This document shows positions 10,237-19,067 of a DNA stretch of 64,000 bases, in pieces. Both the position numbers and the translations under genes were made by a program. The DNA lies in assembly GCA_026388275.1 (NCBI GenBank), contig JAPLKB010000059.1:28155-92154 (forward strand), given 5' to 3'. Each line of letters opens with the position of its first letter. Positions within the stretch are counted from its first letter, which is position 1. The notes beneath the pieces are model-generated. The model had not been told where the DNA came from. It was given only the letters and a program-made list of their open reading frames with translations, and did not search any database. Source of the DNA: Pseudomonadota bacterium (lineage in GTDB: Bacteria; Desulfobacterota; Syntrophorhabdia; Syntrophorhabdales; Syntrophorhabdaceae).

Positions 10237-10252
10237 TGGTATATATCTTGCA
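10237..10252 (+). promoter_or_regulatory. Sigma-54-type promoter motif (TGGTAT-N5-TTGCA)
   Basis: TGGtatatatcTTGCa keeps the GG/GC spacing of the -24/-12 consensus TGGCAC-N5-TTGCW. It ends only ~13 nt before the ATG at 10265. Confidence 0.45.
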
Positions 10253-10264
10253 TTTAAATTAATC

Positions 10265-11359
10265 ATGCCTGCGTCGGAAACCAACTTGCTTCAAAATGCT
10301 TTTCAAGAATTTTCTAAAGCCTCTGATTCAATGATAAACTACTATAATATGCTTGAAAGCCATATAGGACTTTTAAAGCAGGAAGTGGAAGAGAAAAACA
10401 GGGAGTTGGAAAAGGCAAAGGAATATCTGCACAATATCCTCGATTCACTGCCTGTAGGGGTTGTCGTTATTGATAGAAAATCTGTATCTTTTTCAAACAG
10501 AAAAGCAGAAATGCTGGGCTCTGAAAAATTCTTATGTGGTTTAAATAATGGTGATCAAAAAGCTGGTGAAATAAAAAACGGCCAAGGTTATTACAGGTGG
10601 AAAAAAGAGGTATTAACAAACGGTTTTGTAGGAAAAGAGGTTATTGTATTTGAAGACGTAACTGAATTTGAAAAGATGAAAGAAAGGCTCGAAAGAGATG
10701 AAAGATTGATGGCTATGGGTGAAATGGCTGCAAGGATTGCCCATGAAATCAAAAACCCTTTAGGAAGTATGGAGCTTTTTCTTTCAATGCTTGCAAATGG
10801 AAAACTAAAAACAAAAGAAAAGAAAAAATATATAAATTATGTGCAGTTCGGAGTTAAAACTATTGACCGGATCATTAACAACATACTTTCCTATACGAGA
10901 CCTAAAACGCTTGTATTAAGACCTGAAAAAATCAGCGAAATTGTAAAAGATACCCTTGATTTTATGAGCGTTTCCATCATGAGCCGTAATATAGGAGTTC
11001 AATTTAATTCCACTTATGACGGCCCCTCGTATTTTGATCCCGATATGATGAAGCTTGTGATAATGAATTTTATCAGCAATGCTATCGAAGCTGTTACAAC
11101 ACAGGGTTTTATCAGGATAGAAATAAAAGAGGAAGAGAAATACGTTGTTGTTGCTATAAGTGATAACGGTATTGGTATGAGCGAAGAGGTAAGAAGAAAT
11201 ATTTTCAACCCTTTTTTTACTACAAAGGACAAAGGCGTCGGTCTGGGACTGTATATTGTCTATAATATTATAAAAGCCCATGGTGGTTATATTGAAGTGG
11301 AATCAACAGAGGGTTCAGGTGCATCTTTTTTTATTTATATTCCAAAGGATAAGACTTGA
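10265..11359 (+). CDS. Sensor histidine kinase (FlrB/FleS-like position)
   Basis: 364 aa. H-box is ARIAHEIKNPLGSM. ATPase boxes are NAIEA, DNGIGM and GVGLGL. Its end overlaps the next regulator by 4 nt. Confidence 0.8.
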   Translation: MPASETNLLQNAFQEFSKASDSMINYYNMLESHIGLLKQEVEEKNRELEKAKEYLHNILDSLPVGVVVIDRKSVSFSNRKAEMLGSEKFLCGLNNGDQKAGEIKNGQGYYRWKKEVLTNGFVGKEVIVFEDVTEFEKMKERLERDERLMAMGEMAARIAHEIKNPLGSMELFLSMLANGKLKTKEKKKYINYVQFGVKTIDRIINNILSYTRPKTLVLRPEKISEIVKDTLDFMSVSIMSRNIGVQFNSTYDGPSYFDPDMMKLVIMNFISNAIEAVTTQGFIRIEIKEEEKYVVVAISDNGIGMSEEVRRNIFNPFFTTKDKGVGLGLYIVYNIIKAHGGYIEVESTEGSGASFFIYIPKDKT

Positions 11360-12642
11360 AAACGAATGTACTTGTTGTAGATGATGATTATCATATGAGA
11401 CTTGCTCTTAAGGAATCCCTGTCAAAGGCGGGATATGCTGTTTCCTTTGCAGAAGATGGAATGAGGGCAATTGATGAAATTAAAAAACGTATTTTCGATA
11501 TTATCATAACAGATGTAAAAATGCCGCATATGAACGGAATTGACCTCCTGAAACATATCAGAGAAGATAATCCTCTGCTGCCTGTGATTCTTGTAACGGC
11601 ATACGGGACGATCCAGGATGCAGTTAGCGTGATAAAAGAAGGTGCTTTTGATTACATTCAAAAGCCTTTTAATGCTGAGACGCTTTACAGTGTGGTAAAA
11701 CGTGCGCTTGGTGTTAATGGCGGGAAGATTGTCTATTCTTCAAGAATAATGCGCGATGTATTTCTTAAAGCAGAAAGGGTGGCAAAATCAGACACTACTG
11801 TGTTTGTGCTTGGTGAAAGTGGAGTGGGAAAAGAACTGGTAGCAAGGTATATCCATGAAAACAGCGACAGGTCAAAAAATGCTTTTGTGGCTGTAAATTG
11901 TGCGGCATTGCCGGAAAATCTTCTTGAGAGTGAGCTTTTTGGTTACGAAAAGGGGGCTTTTACCGGCGCTATATCAAAAAAAATGGGTAAATTTGAGGTT
12001 GCGGACAAGGGGACGATATTGCTTGATGAAGTCACAGAAATGGATTTCAGACTTCAGGCAAAATTGTTAAGGGTTTTACAGGAGAGAGAAATAGAGATAG
12101 TCGGTTCAAAGTACCCAAAAAAGGTTGACGTGAAGGTTATTGCCACAACAAACAGAAACATAAATAAACTTGTTGAGGAAGGTAAATTCCGTGAAGATCT
12201 GTTTTACAGACTTAATGTATTTCCTATAATCGTACCGCCCCTTAGAGACAGAAAAGAGGACATCCCGGAACTTGTGGCGCATTTCTTGCGTAAGCATTCT
12301 AAAGGTACTGACATGCGAATTGATGAGGAAGCGATGACTTTTTTAATGGAGAACAGCTGGAAGGGCAATGTGAGAGAGCTGGAAAATAATATTGCCAGGG
12401 CATGCATCCTTTCGAATTATTCTGTTATTAAATTGACGAATTTGCAGGAAACGGCAATTGTGAAAAACATCTCTCAGGGTTCTGTAAAGGAAATGGAGAC
12501 GAATCTTATTCTTGAGGCTCTGAAATCTTATAAAGGTAACAGGACAAAAGCAGCTTCAATGCTTGGTATAACAGTGAGGACATTAAGAAATAAAATAAAA
12601 GAATACAGAGACTTGGGGATTAATATCCCTGATAAGGAGTAA
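11356..12642 (+). CDS. Sigma-54-dependent response regulator (FlrC/FleR-like position)
   Basis: 428 aa. REC domain (ITDVKMPHMNG), AAA+ (GESGVGKE, GAFTGA) and a C-terminal HTH (RTKAASMLGITVRTLRNKIK). It lies immediately upstream of flgB. Confidence 0.85.
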   Translation: MKTNVLVVDDDYHMRLALKESLSKAGYAVSFAEDGMRAIDEIKKRIFDIIITDVKMPHMNGIDLLKHIREDNPLLPVILVTAYGTIQDAVSVIKEGAFDYIQKPFNAETLYSVVKRALGVNGGKIVYSSRIMRDVFLKAERVAKSDTTVFVLGESGVGKELVARYIHENSDRSKNAFVAVNCAALPENLLESELFGYEKGAFTGAISKKMGKFEVADKGTILLDEVTEMDFRLQAKLLRVLQEREIEIVGSKYPKKVDVKVIATTNRNINKLVEEGKFREDLFYRLNVFPIIVPPLRDRKEDIPELVAHFLRKHSKGTDMRIDEEAMTFLMENSWKGNVRELENNIARACILSNYSVIKLTNLQETAIVKNISQGSVKEMETNLILEALKSYKGNRTKAASMLGITVRTLRNKIKEYRDLGINIPDKE

Positions 12643-12645
12643 ACT

Positions 12646-12984
12646 ATGGATGTCGTAAATCTTATTGAAAGAGCTCTTACAATCAGGTCTTATTATCACA
12701 AAGTCATTGCAGGGAACATAGCAAACGCCGATACTCCTAATTATAAGGAAAAAGATATTAATTTTTTTAACGAGATACAGAAGAAGACTCTTGGCCAGAA
12801 AGATATTGAAGTGAAAGAAAATGCAGGAGATGAAGGCGGCAACAGCATGGATGGCAATACGGTGAATTTTGAAAATCAAATGATAAAGATGACGGAAAAC
12901 AGCATGATGTACAATTCGCTTATTCAGCTTGTTACAAAAAAGTTTTCTATGATGAGATACATGATTAATGAGGGAAGAAGGTAA
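12646..12984 (+). CDS. flgB: Flagellar basal-body rod protein FlgB
   Basis: 112 aa. AGNIANADTPNYKEKDI is the rod-protein N-terminal signature. It is first in the flgBC-fliE order. Confidence 0.85.
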   Translation: MDVVNLIERALTIRSYYHKVIAGNIANADTPNYKEKDINFFNEIQKKTLGQKDIEVKENAGDEGGNSMDGNTVNFENQMIKMTENSMMYNSLIQLVTKKFSMMRYMINEGRR

Positions 12985-13108
12985 ATTGAAAACAAATTTT
13001 GAGTTACATGCGAGGCAATTAATGTATTCTACAGCGAATCTTGGTTTTATTTTTATTAATAATTTAGAACTCAAAACTCAAAACTGCTTTTGGGTAAGGG
13101 GGTAAAAC

Positions 13109-13540
13109 ATGGGTATCCTTGATATGTTAAAAGTCAGTGCATCGGGTTTGAAATCCCAGAGGATAAGGATGGAAGTAATTGCCTCAAATCTTGCCAATAT
13201 ACATACAACACGAACGGATGAAGGCGGTCCCTTTGTAAAGAAAGAAGTTGTCTTTGGGACAAGTGAGGTTTCTGAAACAAAAGAGTTTGGAAAAATACTT
13301 TCAGAAAGGATTGAAGGGGTGAAGGTTGACAAAATTGTTAAAAGCAACAAACCTTTTGAAAGGGTTTATGACCCTGGTCATCCTGATGCTGATAAGGAAG
13401 GGTATGTGACATTTCCCAACGTAAACCTTATGGAAGAAATGGCAGACATGATATCGGCTACGAGGGCATACGAAGCGAATGTAAATGTGATTAACACGAC
13501 AAAAGAGATGTTCATAAAAACGCTTGATATAGGTAAGTAG
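13109..13540 (+). CDS. flgC: Flagellar basal-body rod protein FlgC
   Basis: 143 aa. SASGLKSQRIRMEVIASNLANIHTTRT at the start and a C-terminal SATRAYEANVNVINTTKEM. Confidence 0.9.
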   Translation: MGILDMLKVSASGLKSQRIRMEVIASNLANIHTTRTDEGGPFVKKEVVFGTSEVSETKEFGKILSERIEGVKVDKIVKSNKPFERVYDPGHPDADKEGYVTFPNVNLMEEMADMISATRAYEANVNVINTTKEMFIKTLDIGK

Positions 13541-13549
13541 GAGGCATAA

Positions 13550-13837
13550 ATGAAGATTGAAACGTTAAACCTGCCCAGCTTTACCGGAAGCACCGGTGCT
13601 GCAAAAGTTACAGGGACAACATCATTCGTTGACGTTCTTAAAGATTCTATAAATAAAGTAGGTGAATTGGAAAAAGAAGCTGACAACGAAGTCCAAAAGC
13701 TTGCAACAATGCAAACTCAGGATATTCACAATACAATGATTGCAGTCGAAAAAGCTGACCTGTCCTTCCAGATGATGATGCAGATAAGGAATAAGATTAT
13801 CAGTGCATATGAAGAGATTATGAGAATGCAGGTGTAA
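13550..13837 (+). CDS. fliE: Flagellar hook-basal body protein FliE
   Basis: 95 aa. The C-terminal IHNTMIAVEKADLSFQMMMQIRNKIISAYEEIMRMQV is the FliE signature. Confidence 0.85.
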   Translation: MKIETLNLPSFTGSTGAAKVTGTTSFVDVLKDSINKVGELEKEADNEVQKLATMQTQDIHNTMIAVEKADLSFQMMMQIRNKIISAYEEIMRMQV

Positions 13838-13839
13838 TT

Positions 13840-15468
13840 ATGGCAGCGGCAGAATTGTTTCTAAACAATGCAAAAAATTATATAAAAACCACTCCGAAAA
13901 ACAAGCTCTATGCCTATGTATTTATTTTTGTAGCCGTAATCGGCGGCTCTATTCTTGGATTATCGTTAATTCAGAAAGAAAATTATCAGACCCTGTTCTC
14001 AGGTCTTTCAACCGAAGATGCATCGATGATCGTGACAAAATTAAAAGAGCAGAAAGTCACTTATAAACTGGGACTTGGCGGAACAAGCATATATGTGCCG
14101 AAAGATAAGGTATATGATGTGAGACTTTTGCTTGCTTCACAAAATGCGTTACCCGGAGGCAGCGGAGTTGGATTTGAACTCTTCGATAAGACAAATTACG
14201 GAATGACTGAATTTATGCAGAACATTAATTATAAAAGGGCAGTTCAGGGAGAGTTATCGAGGACGATAAATCAGATGCCCGAAGTGAAGGCATCGCGTGT
14301 ACACATTGCCATTCCGGAAAAGACGCTTTTTACCGACAGGGAAAAAGATGTTACTGCTTCCGTATTTTTAAAGCTTAAACCCGGAAAAATATTAACTAAA
14401 GATCAAACCATGGGTATTGTCCAACTTGTTGCAGGCAGTGTTGAGAATCTCAAACCTGAAAATGTAGCATTAATAGACTCTTCAGGAAAGATCCTTTATA
14501 AGGGCGGGGATGCAGGTTCACCTTTTGTTGCCAGTACACAGCAATATGAGCTGCAGAAAAACCTGGAAAGAAAAGTGGAAGAGTCCATACAATCGATGCT
14601 CGACAAATTTTTATCTACAAGCAAATCTATAGTGAGAGCAAGCGTGGAGCTTAACCTGAGAAAGGTGGAAAAAGTTGAAGAAGAGTATATGCCGGATAAA
14701 GCTGTTAGAACGGTAGAAAAGAAGAGCAGGGAAATAAATGCCGGCAAGTCATCAAAAGCAGGAGGTGTGCCGGGAGTTGCATCAAATATACAGAATTTGA
14801 CAAAAAAAGACATGGGCAGGGAAAAACAGGAATCGCCGGCAAGGGAAAGTGAATCAGAAAGAGAAGAGACACATACCACATATGAAGTTAGCAAAACTGT
14901 AAGTAAAATTATTGAACCTTTTGGTGATATTAAAAAGATGTCTCTTGCAATAGTGGTTGACGGCAAATATGAAAAAGTAAAAGGGCAAAAAGAAGAATTG
15001 AAATATGTCCCCAGGTCGCAGAAAGAATTGAATGATATAAAAAATCTTGTTGTTCGCGCAGTAGGTTACGATGAAGCAAGGGGAGATAAGATAGAGGTTG
15101 TGAGTGTGCCCTTTGAGACAGAAAACCTTGCTGATGAAAAAGGGCTTCTTGAAAAAGCCGAAAGAAAAGAATTGATGTATAATATTGGCCAGTATGTCTT
15201 TTATATTATCATCTTCGTATCGATACTCTTTTTTGTAATAAAGCCTGTTATCGGTTTATTAAAAAGCAAGGGCGGCAGATCAACACCTTTGAAGCAGGTC
15301 AAAGGTGTTAAAGATATGTATATAGGCAGTGGCGGAGGTGCAACAGCCGAAAACACGGAGGCGGCAGTAGCAGGTGCTGTTAAACCGCAGCCGGCCCTTG
15401 TCAGTGCAATGAAGGACAAGGAATTTGTCAAATCTATCATTAAGGAATGGGTCAAGGAAGGAACATAA
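13840..15468 (+). CDS. fliF: Flagellar MS-ring protein FliF
   Basis: 542 aa. N-terminal TM segment, YscJ/FliF-type block (LFSGLSTEDASMIVTKLKEQKVTYKL), second TM near the C-terminus, and conserved position. Confidence 0.9.
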   Translation: MAAAELFLNNAKNYIKTTPKNKLYAYVFIFVAVIGGSILGLSLIQKENYQTLFSGLSTEDASMIVTKLKEQKVTYKLGLGGTSIYVPKDKVYDVRLLLASQNALPGGSGVGFELFDKTNYGMTEFMQNINYKRAVQGELSRTINQMPEVKASRVHIAIPEKTLFTDREKDVTASVFLKLKPGKILTKDQTMGIVQLVAGSVENLKPENVALIDSSGKILYKGGDAGSPFVASTQQYELQKNLERKVEESIQSMLDKFLSTSKSIVRASVELNLRKVEKVEEEYMPDKAVRTVEKKSREINAGKSSKAGGVPGVASNIQNLTKKDMGREKQESPARESESEREETHTTYEVSKTVSKIIEPFGDIKKMSLAIVVDGKYEKVKGQKEELKYVPRSQKELNDIKNLVVRAVGYDEARGDKIEVVSVPFETENLADEKGLLEKAERKELMYNIGQYVFYIIIFVSILFFVIKPVIGLLKSKGGRSTPLKQVKGVKDMYIGSGGGATAENTEAAVAGAVKPQPALVSAMKDKEFVKSIIKEWVKEGT

Positions 15469-15470
15469 TT

Positions 15471-16466
15471 ATGAACCTTGCCGATATAAACGGATTAAGG
15501 AAGGCAGCAGTACTGCTTTTGACTATGGATGAAGAGCTTTCGAAAGAAGTAATCAAAGAGCTTGACGAAGTTGAAATTGCAGCTATCGGACAGGAAATAT
15601 CCAGATTAAAGTCTATTCCGGATGAGATTGTGAGACTGGTTCATGATGAATTTATAAAAAAACTTGATAAAAACGGCTCAGTAGTAGATGGTGAAAATAA
15701 ATTCAAATCTCTTGTAAAGCAAAGTCTTGGTGATGAAAAGGCAGAAATGTTTATTGAGTCAATGGAATCTAAAGGCGGAGTTCCCGGTGAATTTTTGAGA
15801 ACTTGTGATCCCAGAGCGCTTGCAAATACAATACGCGGGGAGCATCCTCAAACAGTTGCCCTTATCTTGTCTATATTAAATTCAAAGAAGGCATGTGAAG
15901 CTATAGCCGTACTACCCGAAACAATACAAAGCGAAGTTATGATGCGCATGGCGCATCTGGAGAGAGTAGACAAGCAGGTTCTGCTTGAAATTGAAAATGT
16001 TTTACGGGAGCAATTGGAATCCGTGGGTTTTGCAGAGGGGAAACAGCTAGGTGGAGTAGATGTAGTAGCAAACATTCTTAACCAAATGGACAAGACGCTT
16101 GAAGGCGATCTTTTGGGCAGGATTGAAGAATTGAACCCTGAGCTTGCCGATAAAATAAAACAATTGATGTTTACCTTTGAAGACCTTGTCCAGCTTGATG
16201 ACAAGAGCATTCAGGTTATTTTAAAAGAGATATCCTCAGAAGATCTGTCAATTGCCTTGAAGGGCGCGTCCGAAGGTATAAGAGGGAAAATATTTACAAA
16301 TATGTCTGAAAGGGCTGCTACTATGCTTAAGGAAGATATTGAATCAATGGGACCTGTAAGGTTATCGGATGTTGAGCAGGCACAGGTGAGGATTGCGATG
16401 ACTGCCAAAAAGCTTGACGGTGAAGGAAAGATAATAATATCAAGAGGAAATGAAAGGTTTGTTTGA
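15471..16466 (+). CDS. fliG: Flagellar motor switch protein FliG
   Basis: Preferred start is the ATG 2 nt after the fliF stop (MNLADINGLRKAAVLLLTMDEELSKEV). FliG blocks are EHPQTVALILS and a C-terminal MLKEDIESMGPVRLSDVEQAQ. Confidence 0.9.
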   Translation: MNLADINGLRKAAVLLLTMDEELSKEVIKELDEVEIAAIGQEISRLKSIPDEIVRLVHDEFIKKLDKNGSVVDGENKFKSLVKQSLGDEKAEMFIESMESKGGVPGEFLRTCDPRALANTIRGEHPQTVALILSILNSKKACEAIAVLPETIQSEVMMRMAHLERVDKQVLLEIENVLREQLESVGFAEGKQLGGVDVVANILNQMDKTLEGDLLGRIEELNPELADKIKQLMFTFEDLVQLDDKSIQVILKEISSEDLSIALKGASEGIRGKIFTNMSERAATMLKEDIESMGPVRLSDVEQAQVRIAMTAKKLDGEGKIIISRGNERFV

Positions 16467-16467
16467 G

Positions 16468-17100
16468 ATGGTTAAACCTTTTACCTTGAATAATTTTGTT
16501 GATAAATATGAATCTAAAGACGGCAGCCATGAGTTTGTATCTTTTTTTAATAATTCTAATAATCCTACATCCTTAGACATTGAATTACAACAGATGCAAG
16601 ATAATGCTGCAGATATTGAAAATGAGGCAAGAAAGGTCTTTGAAGATGCATATATTCAAGGGGAAAAATCAGGATATGAAATGGGTATGAAAAAGGTCGA
16701 ACCTCTTGTAAAGAGACTCAATGGAGATATCGCCGCGTTGACATTGCTTAAGGAAGAGCTTTTTAAAAAAGCTGAAAAACTTTCAGTTGAGCTGGCGCTG
16801 GTGTTTGCAGAGGGAATTGTTTTAAAAGAATGTCATGAAAACAGAGAGATAGTTCTGAATATGGCGAGAAAAGCCCTGGAAATTTGTGAAGAAAAGAGTG
16901 GAATAACCATCAGAATGAGAAGGGAAGATGTCCAGCATATATCTGAAGATCGAATATATCCTTTGAAAATTGTACCGGATGATACTTTAAAGGACCCGGG
17001 TTTTATTATTGAAACCAACTTTGGCGATATCGATGGAACTATTGCCACGCAGATAGAAGAGTTGAAAAAAGAGTTTTGTAATGGATATGCAGATAGATGA
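16468..17100 (+). CDS. fliH: Flagellar assembly protein FliH
   Basis: ~210 aa acidic protein between fliG and fliI with a coiled-coil middle. The start is either 16450 or the ATG at 16468, just after the fliG stop. Confidence 0.65.
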   Translation: MVKPFTLNNFVDKYESKDGSHEFVSFFNNSNNPTSLDIELQQMQDNAADIENEARKVFEDAYIQGEKSGYEMGMKKVEPLVKRLNGDIAALTLLKEELFKKAEKLSVELALVFAEGIVLKECHENREIVLNMARKALEICEEKSGITIRMRREDVQHISEDRIYPLKIVPDDTLKDPGFIIETNFGDIDGTIATQIEELKKEFCNGYADR

Positions 17101-18406
17101 GAAAGCACTTGCCGTTCGGGAAGTGCTCACAGATTTTTATCCTTATAAAGTATACGGTAAAGTAAACCAGGTTGTAGGGCTTGTAATTGAAGGAAAAGGC
17201 CCGATATCATCGGTTGGGGACGCCGCACTTATTTATCCGGTGGACGGAACCGTGCCGATTGACGCTGAGGTTGTTGGTTTTAAAGACGGGAAGACCCTGC
17301 TTATGCCTCTTGGCGACTTAAGAGGTGTGGGCATAGGTTCAAAGATACTTTCAAGAAAGCGGGCTGTGAACACATTTGCAGGTCAAGGGCTTCTCGGAAG
17401 GGTTATAGATGGCCTCGGGAATCCGATTGACGGCAAAGGCCCTATAAACTGTTCTGACGTGATTCCCGTATACAGGGAAACGGTAAATCCTATGAAGAAA
17501 AAAAGGATTACTGAACCGCTTGATCTCGGGATACGCAGTATGAACGGGCTTTTAACATGCGGAAAAGGACAGAGACTGGGTATATTTGCCGGTTCCGGTG
17601 TGGGTAAAAGCGTTCTTCTCGGTATGATAGCGAGGCATACAGAGGCGGATGTTAATGTGATAGGGCTTATAGGAGAGCGAGGCAGAGAGGTTAGGGAATT
17701 CATAGAAAGAGACCTCGGAGAAGGACTTGAACGCTCTGTTGTTATCGTTGCAACCTCGGATCAGCCTCCATTAATAAGAGTAAGAGGTGCTTTTTTAACG
17801 ATTGCTATTGCGGAATATTTCAGGGATAAAGATAACGATGTGCTTTTAATGATGGACTCCCTGACACGCTTTGGCATGGCGCAAAGGGAAGTCGGACTTG
17901 CCATTGGTGAACCCCCGACATCAAAAGGCTATACGCCGAGTGTTTTTTCTCTTCTGGCAAAACTTCTTGAAAGGTCAGGCAATGGTGAAGAAGAGGGTAC
18001 CATGACGGCAATATATACAGTCCTTGTTGAAGGGGATGACCTTGATGACCCGATTGCGGATTCGTCAAGATCAATTCTGGATGGCCATGTTGTTCTTTCA
18101 AGAAGGCTTGCGGATATGAATCACTATCCGCCTGTTGATGTTTTAAAGAGTATCAGCAGAACAATGAAAGATATTGTATCAAAGGAGCAGATAGAATATT
18201 CAAGCAAAATAGTAGAGATATTATCAGAGTATGAAAGAGCAGAGGATTTAATCAATATCGGAGCATACAATCCCGGAAGCAACAAAAGAATTGACTATGC
18301 AATATCTATGATAGAGAAAGCAAGGGCCTTTCTTGCCCAGACGGTGGATCAAAAAGTTACTCTGGAAGATGCATTTAACAGTATGAAGATATTGTTTTAT
18401 GTATAG
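17081..18406 (+). CDS. fliI: Flagellum-specific ATPase FliI
   Basis: 441 aa. Walker A is GSGVGKSVLLGMI, Walker B is VLLMMDSLTRFAMA-like (VLLMMDSLTRFGMAQRE). F1/T3SS ATPase fold signature is present. Confidence 0.95.
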   Translation: MDMQIDEKALAVREVLTDFYPYKVYGKVNQVVGLVIEGKGPISSVGDAALIYPVDGTVPIDAEVVGFKDGKTLLMPLGDLRGVGIGSKILSRKRAVNTFAGQGLLGRVIDGLGNPIDGKGPINCSDVIPVYRETVNPMKKKRITEPLDLGIRSMNGLLTCGKGQRLGIFAGSGVGKSVLLGMIARHTEADVNVIGLIGERGREVREFIERDLGEGLERSVVIVATSDQPPLIRVRGAFLTIAIAEYFRDKDNDVLLMMDSLTRFGMAQREVGLAIGEPPTSKGYTPSVFSLLAKLLERSGNGEEEGTMTAIYTVLVEGDDLDDPIADSSRSILDGHVVLSRRLADMNHYPPVDVLKSISRTMKDIVSKEQIEYSSKIVEILSEYERAEDLINIGAYNPGSNKRIDYAISMIEKARAFLAQTVDQKVTLEDAFNSMKILFYV

Positions 18407-18460
18407 AAGTTCACAATTAATTCCTACTCTGCGCGGCACCAGCCTGCGGCCAACTCCGGA

Positions 18461-18515
18461 TATTCACTATTCACTATGTCCCGCATTAAGCGGGATTAAA
18501 CCGCACACTATTCAC
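18461..18515 (+). repeat. Copy of a TATTCAC-rich element with a TCCCGC-N5-GCGGGA hairpin; shared with the accessory block (25431-25485)
   Basis: tattcactattcactatgtcccgcattaagcgggattaaaccgcacactattcac closely matches ctattcactatgtcccgcataaagcgggattaaaccgtgcactaacactattcac at 25431-25485. It occupies the fliI-fliJ intergenic gap. Confidence 0.8.
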
Positions 18516-18525
18516 CCTCTTTATC

Positions 18526-18948
18526 ATGCCTAAACTCAGGATTGAAAGAATCATAGAAATAAAAGAGAAAATGCTGGATGATAAGAAAAAGGAAATGGAA
18601 GCCGTTATTGCCGGGATAAATAAAATAACAAATGACATCAATGATACAGATAGTGATATTGAACTGAATTATAATAAAATAACCGGAACATTAATGAATG
18701 GCAATGATATCTATGTAATAAAGGAATATGTAATATTTCTTGAAAATAAAAAGCTTGAGATGATCAACAATAGAGAGAAGCTGAGAGCCGAGGAGAATGC
18801 TTTGAGGACGGAGCTTCTTGAGATGATAAAAGAAATAAAAATGCTTGAGACATTGAAATCAAAAGAATTAAAAATCATCAAAAAATCAGAAAACAGAAAA
18901 GAACAGAAAATGCTTGATGAACTGGCCTCAAGAGATGAGAGAAAATAG
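18526..18948 (+). CDS. fliJ: Flagellar export chaperone FliJ (by position and composition)
   Basis: 140-aa K/E-rich coiled-coil protein directly after fliI. No strong motif exists for this family. Confidence 0.55.
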   Translation: MPKLRIERIIEIKEKMLDDKKKEMEAVIAGINKITNDINDTDSDIELNYNKITGTLMNGNDIYVIKEYVIFLENKKLEMINNREKLRAEENALRTELLEMIKEIKMLETLKSKELKIIKKSENRKEQKMLDELASRDERK

Positions 18949-19045
18949 GAAATAATTTCCCTCCAGGGAATAATTTTCCACCAATATTCCCGGTAAAAAT
19001 ACACTCAAAACATACAACCCAATAAAATAATTAGAAAATTAGTTA

Positions 19046-19061
19046 TGGCACGAATATTGTT
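19046..19061 (+). promoter_or_regulatory. Sigma-54-type promoter motif (TGGCAC-N5-TTGT)
   Basis: atGGCACgaataTTGTt. The -24 element is perfect; the -12 element has GT instead of GC. It ends 7 nt before the first ATG of fliK. Confidence 0.45.
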
Positions 19062-19067
19062 ATATAA

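Noticed and set aside
12583-13074. 163-aa reverse-strand ORF over flgB
   Set aside because: It is antisense to flgB and to the end of the sigma-54 regulator. It is an AT-rich shadow frame with no family signal.
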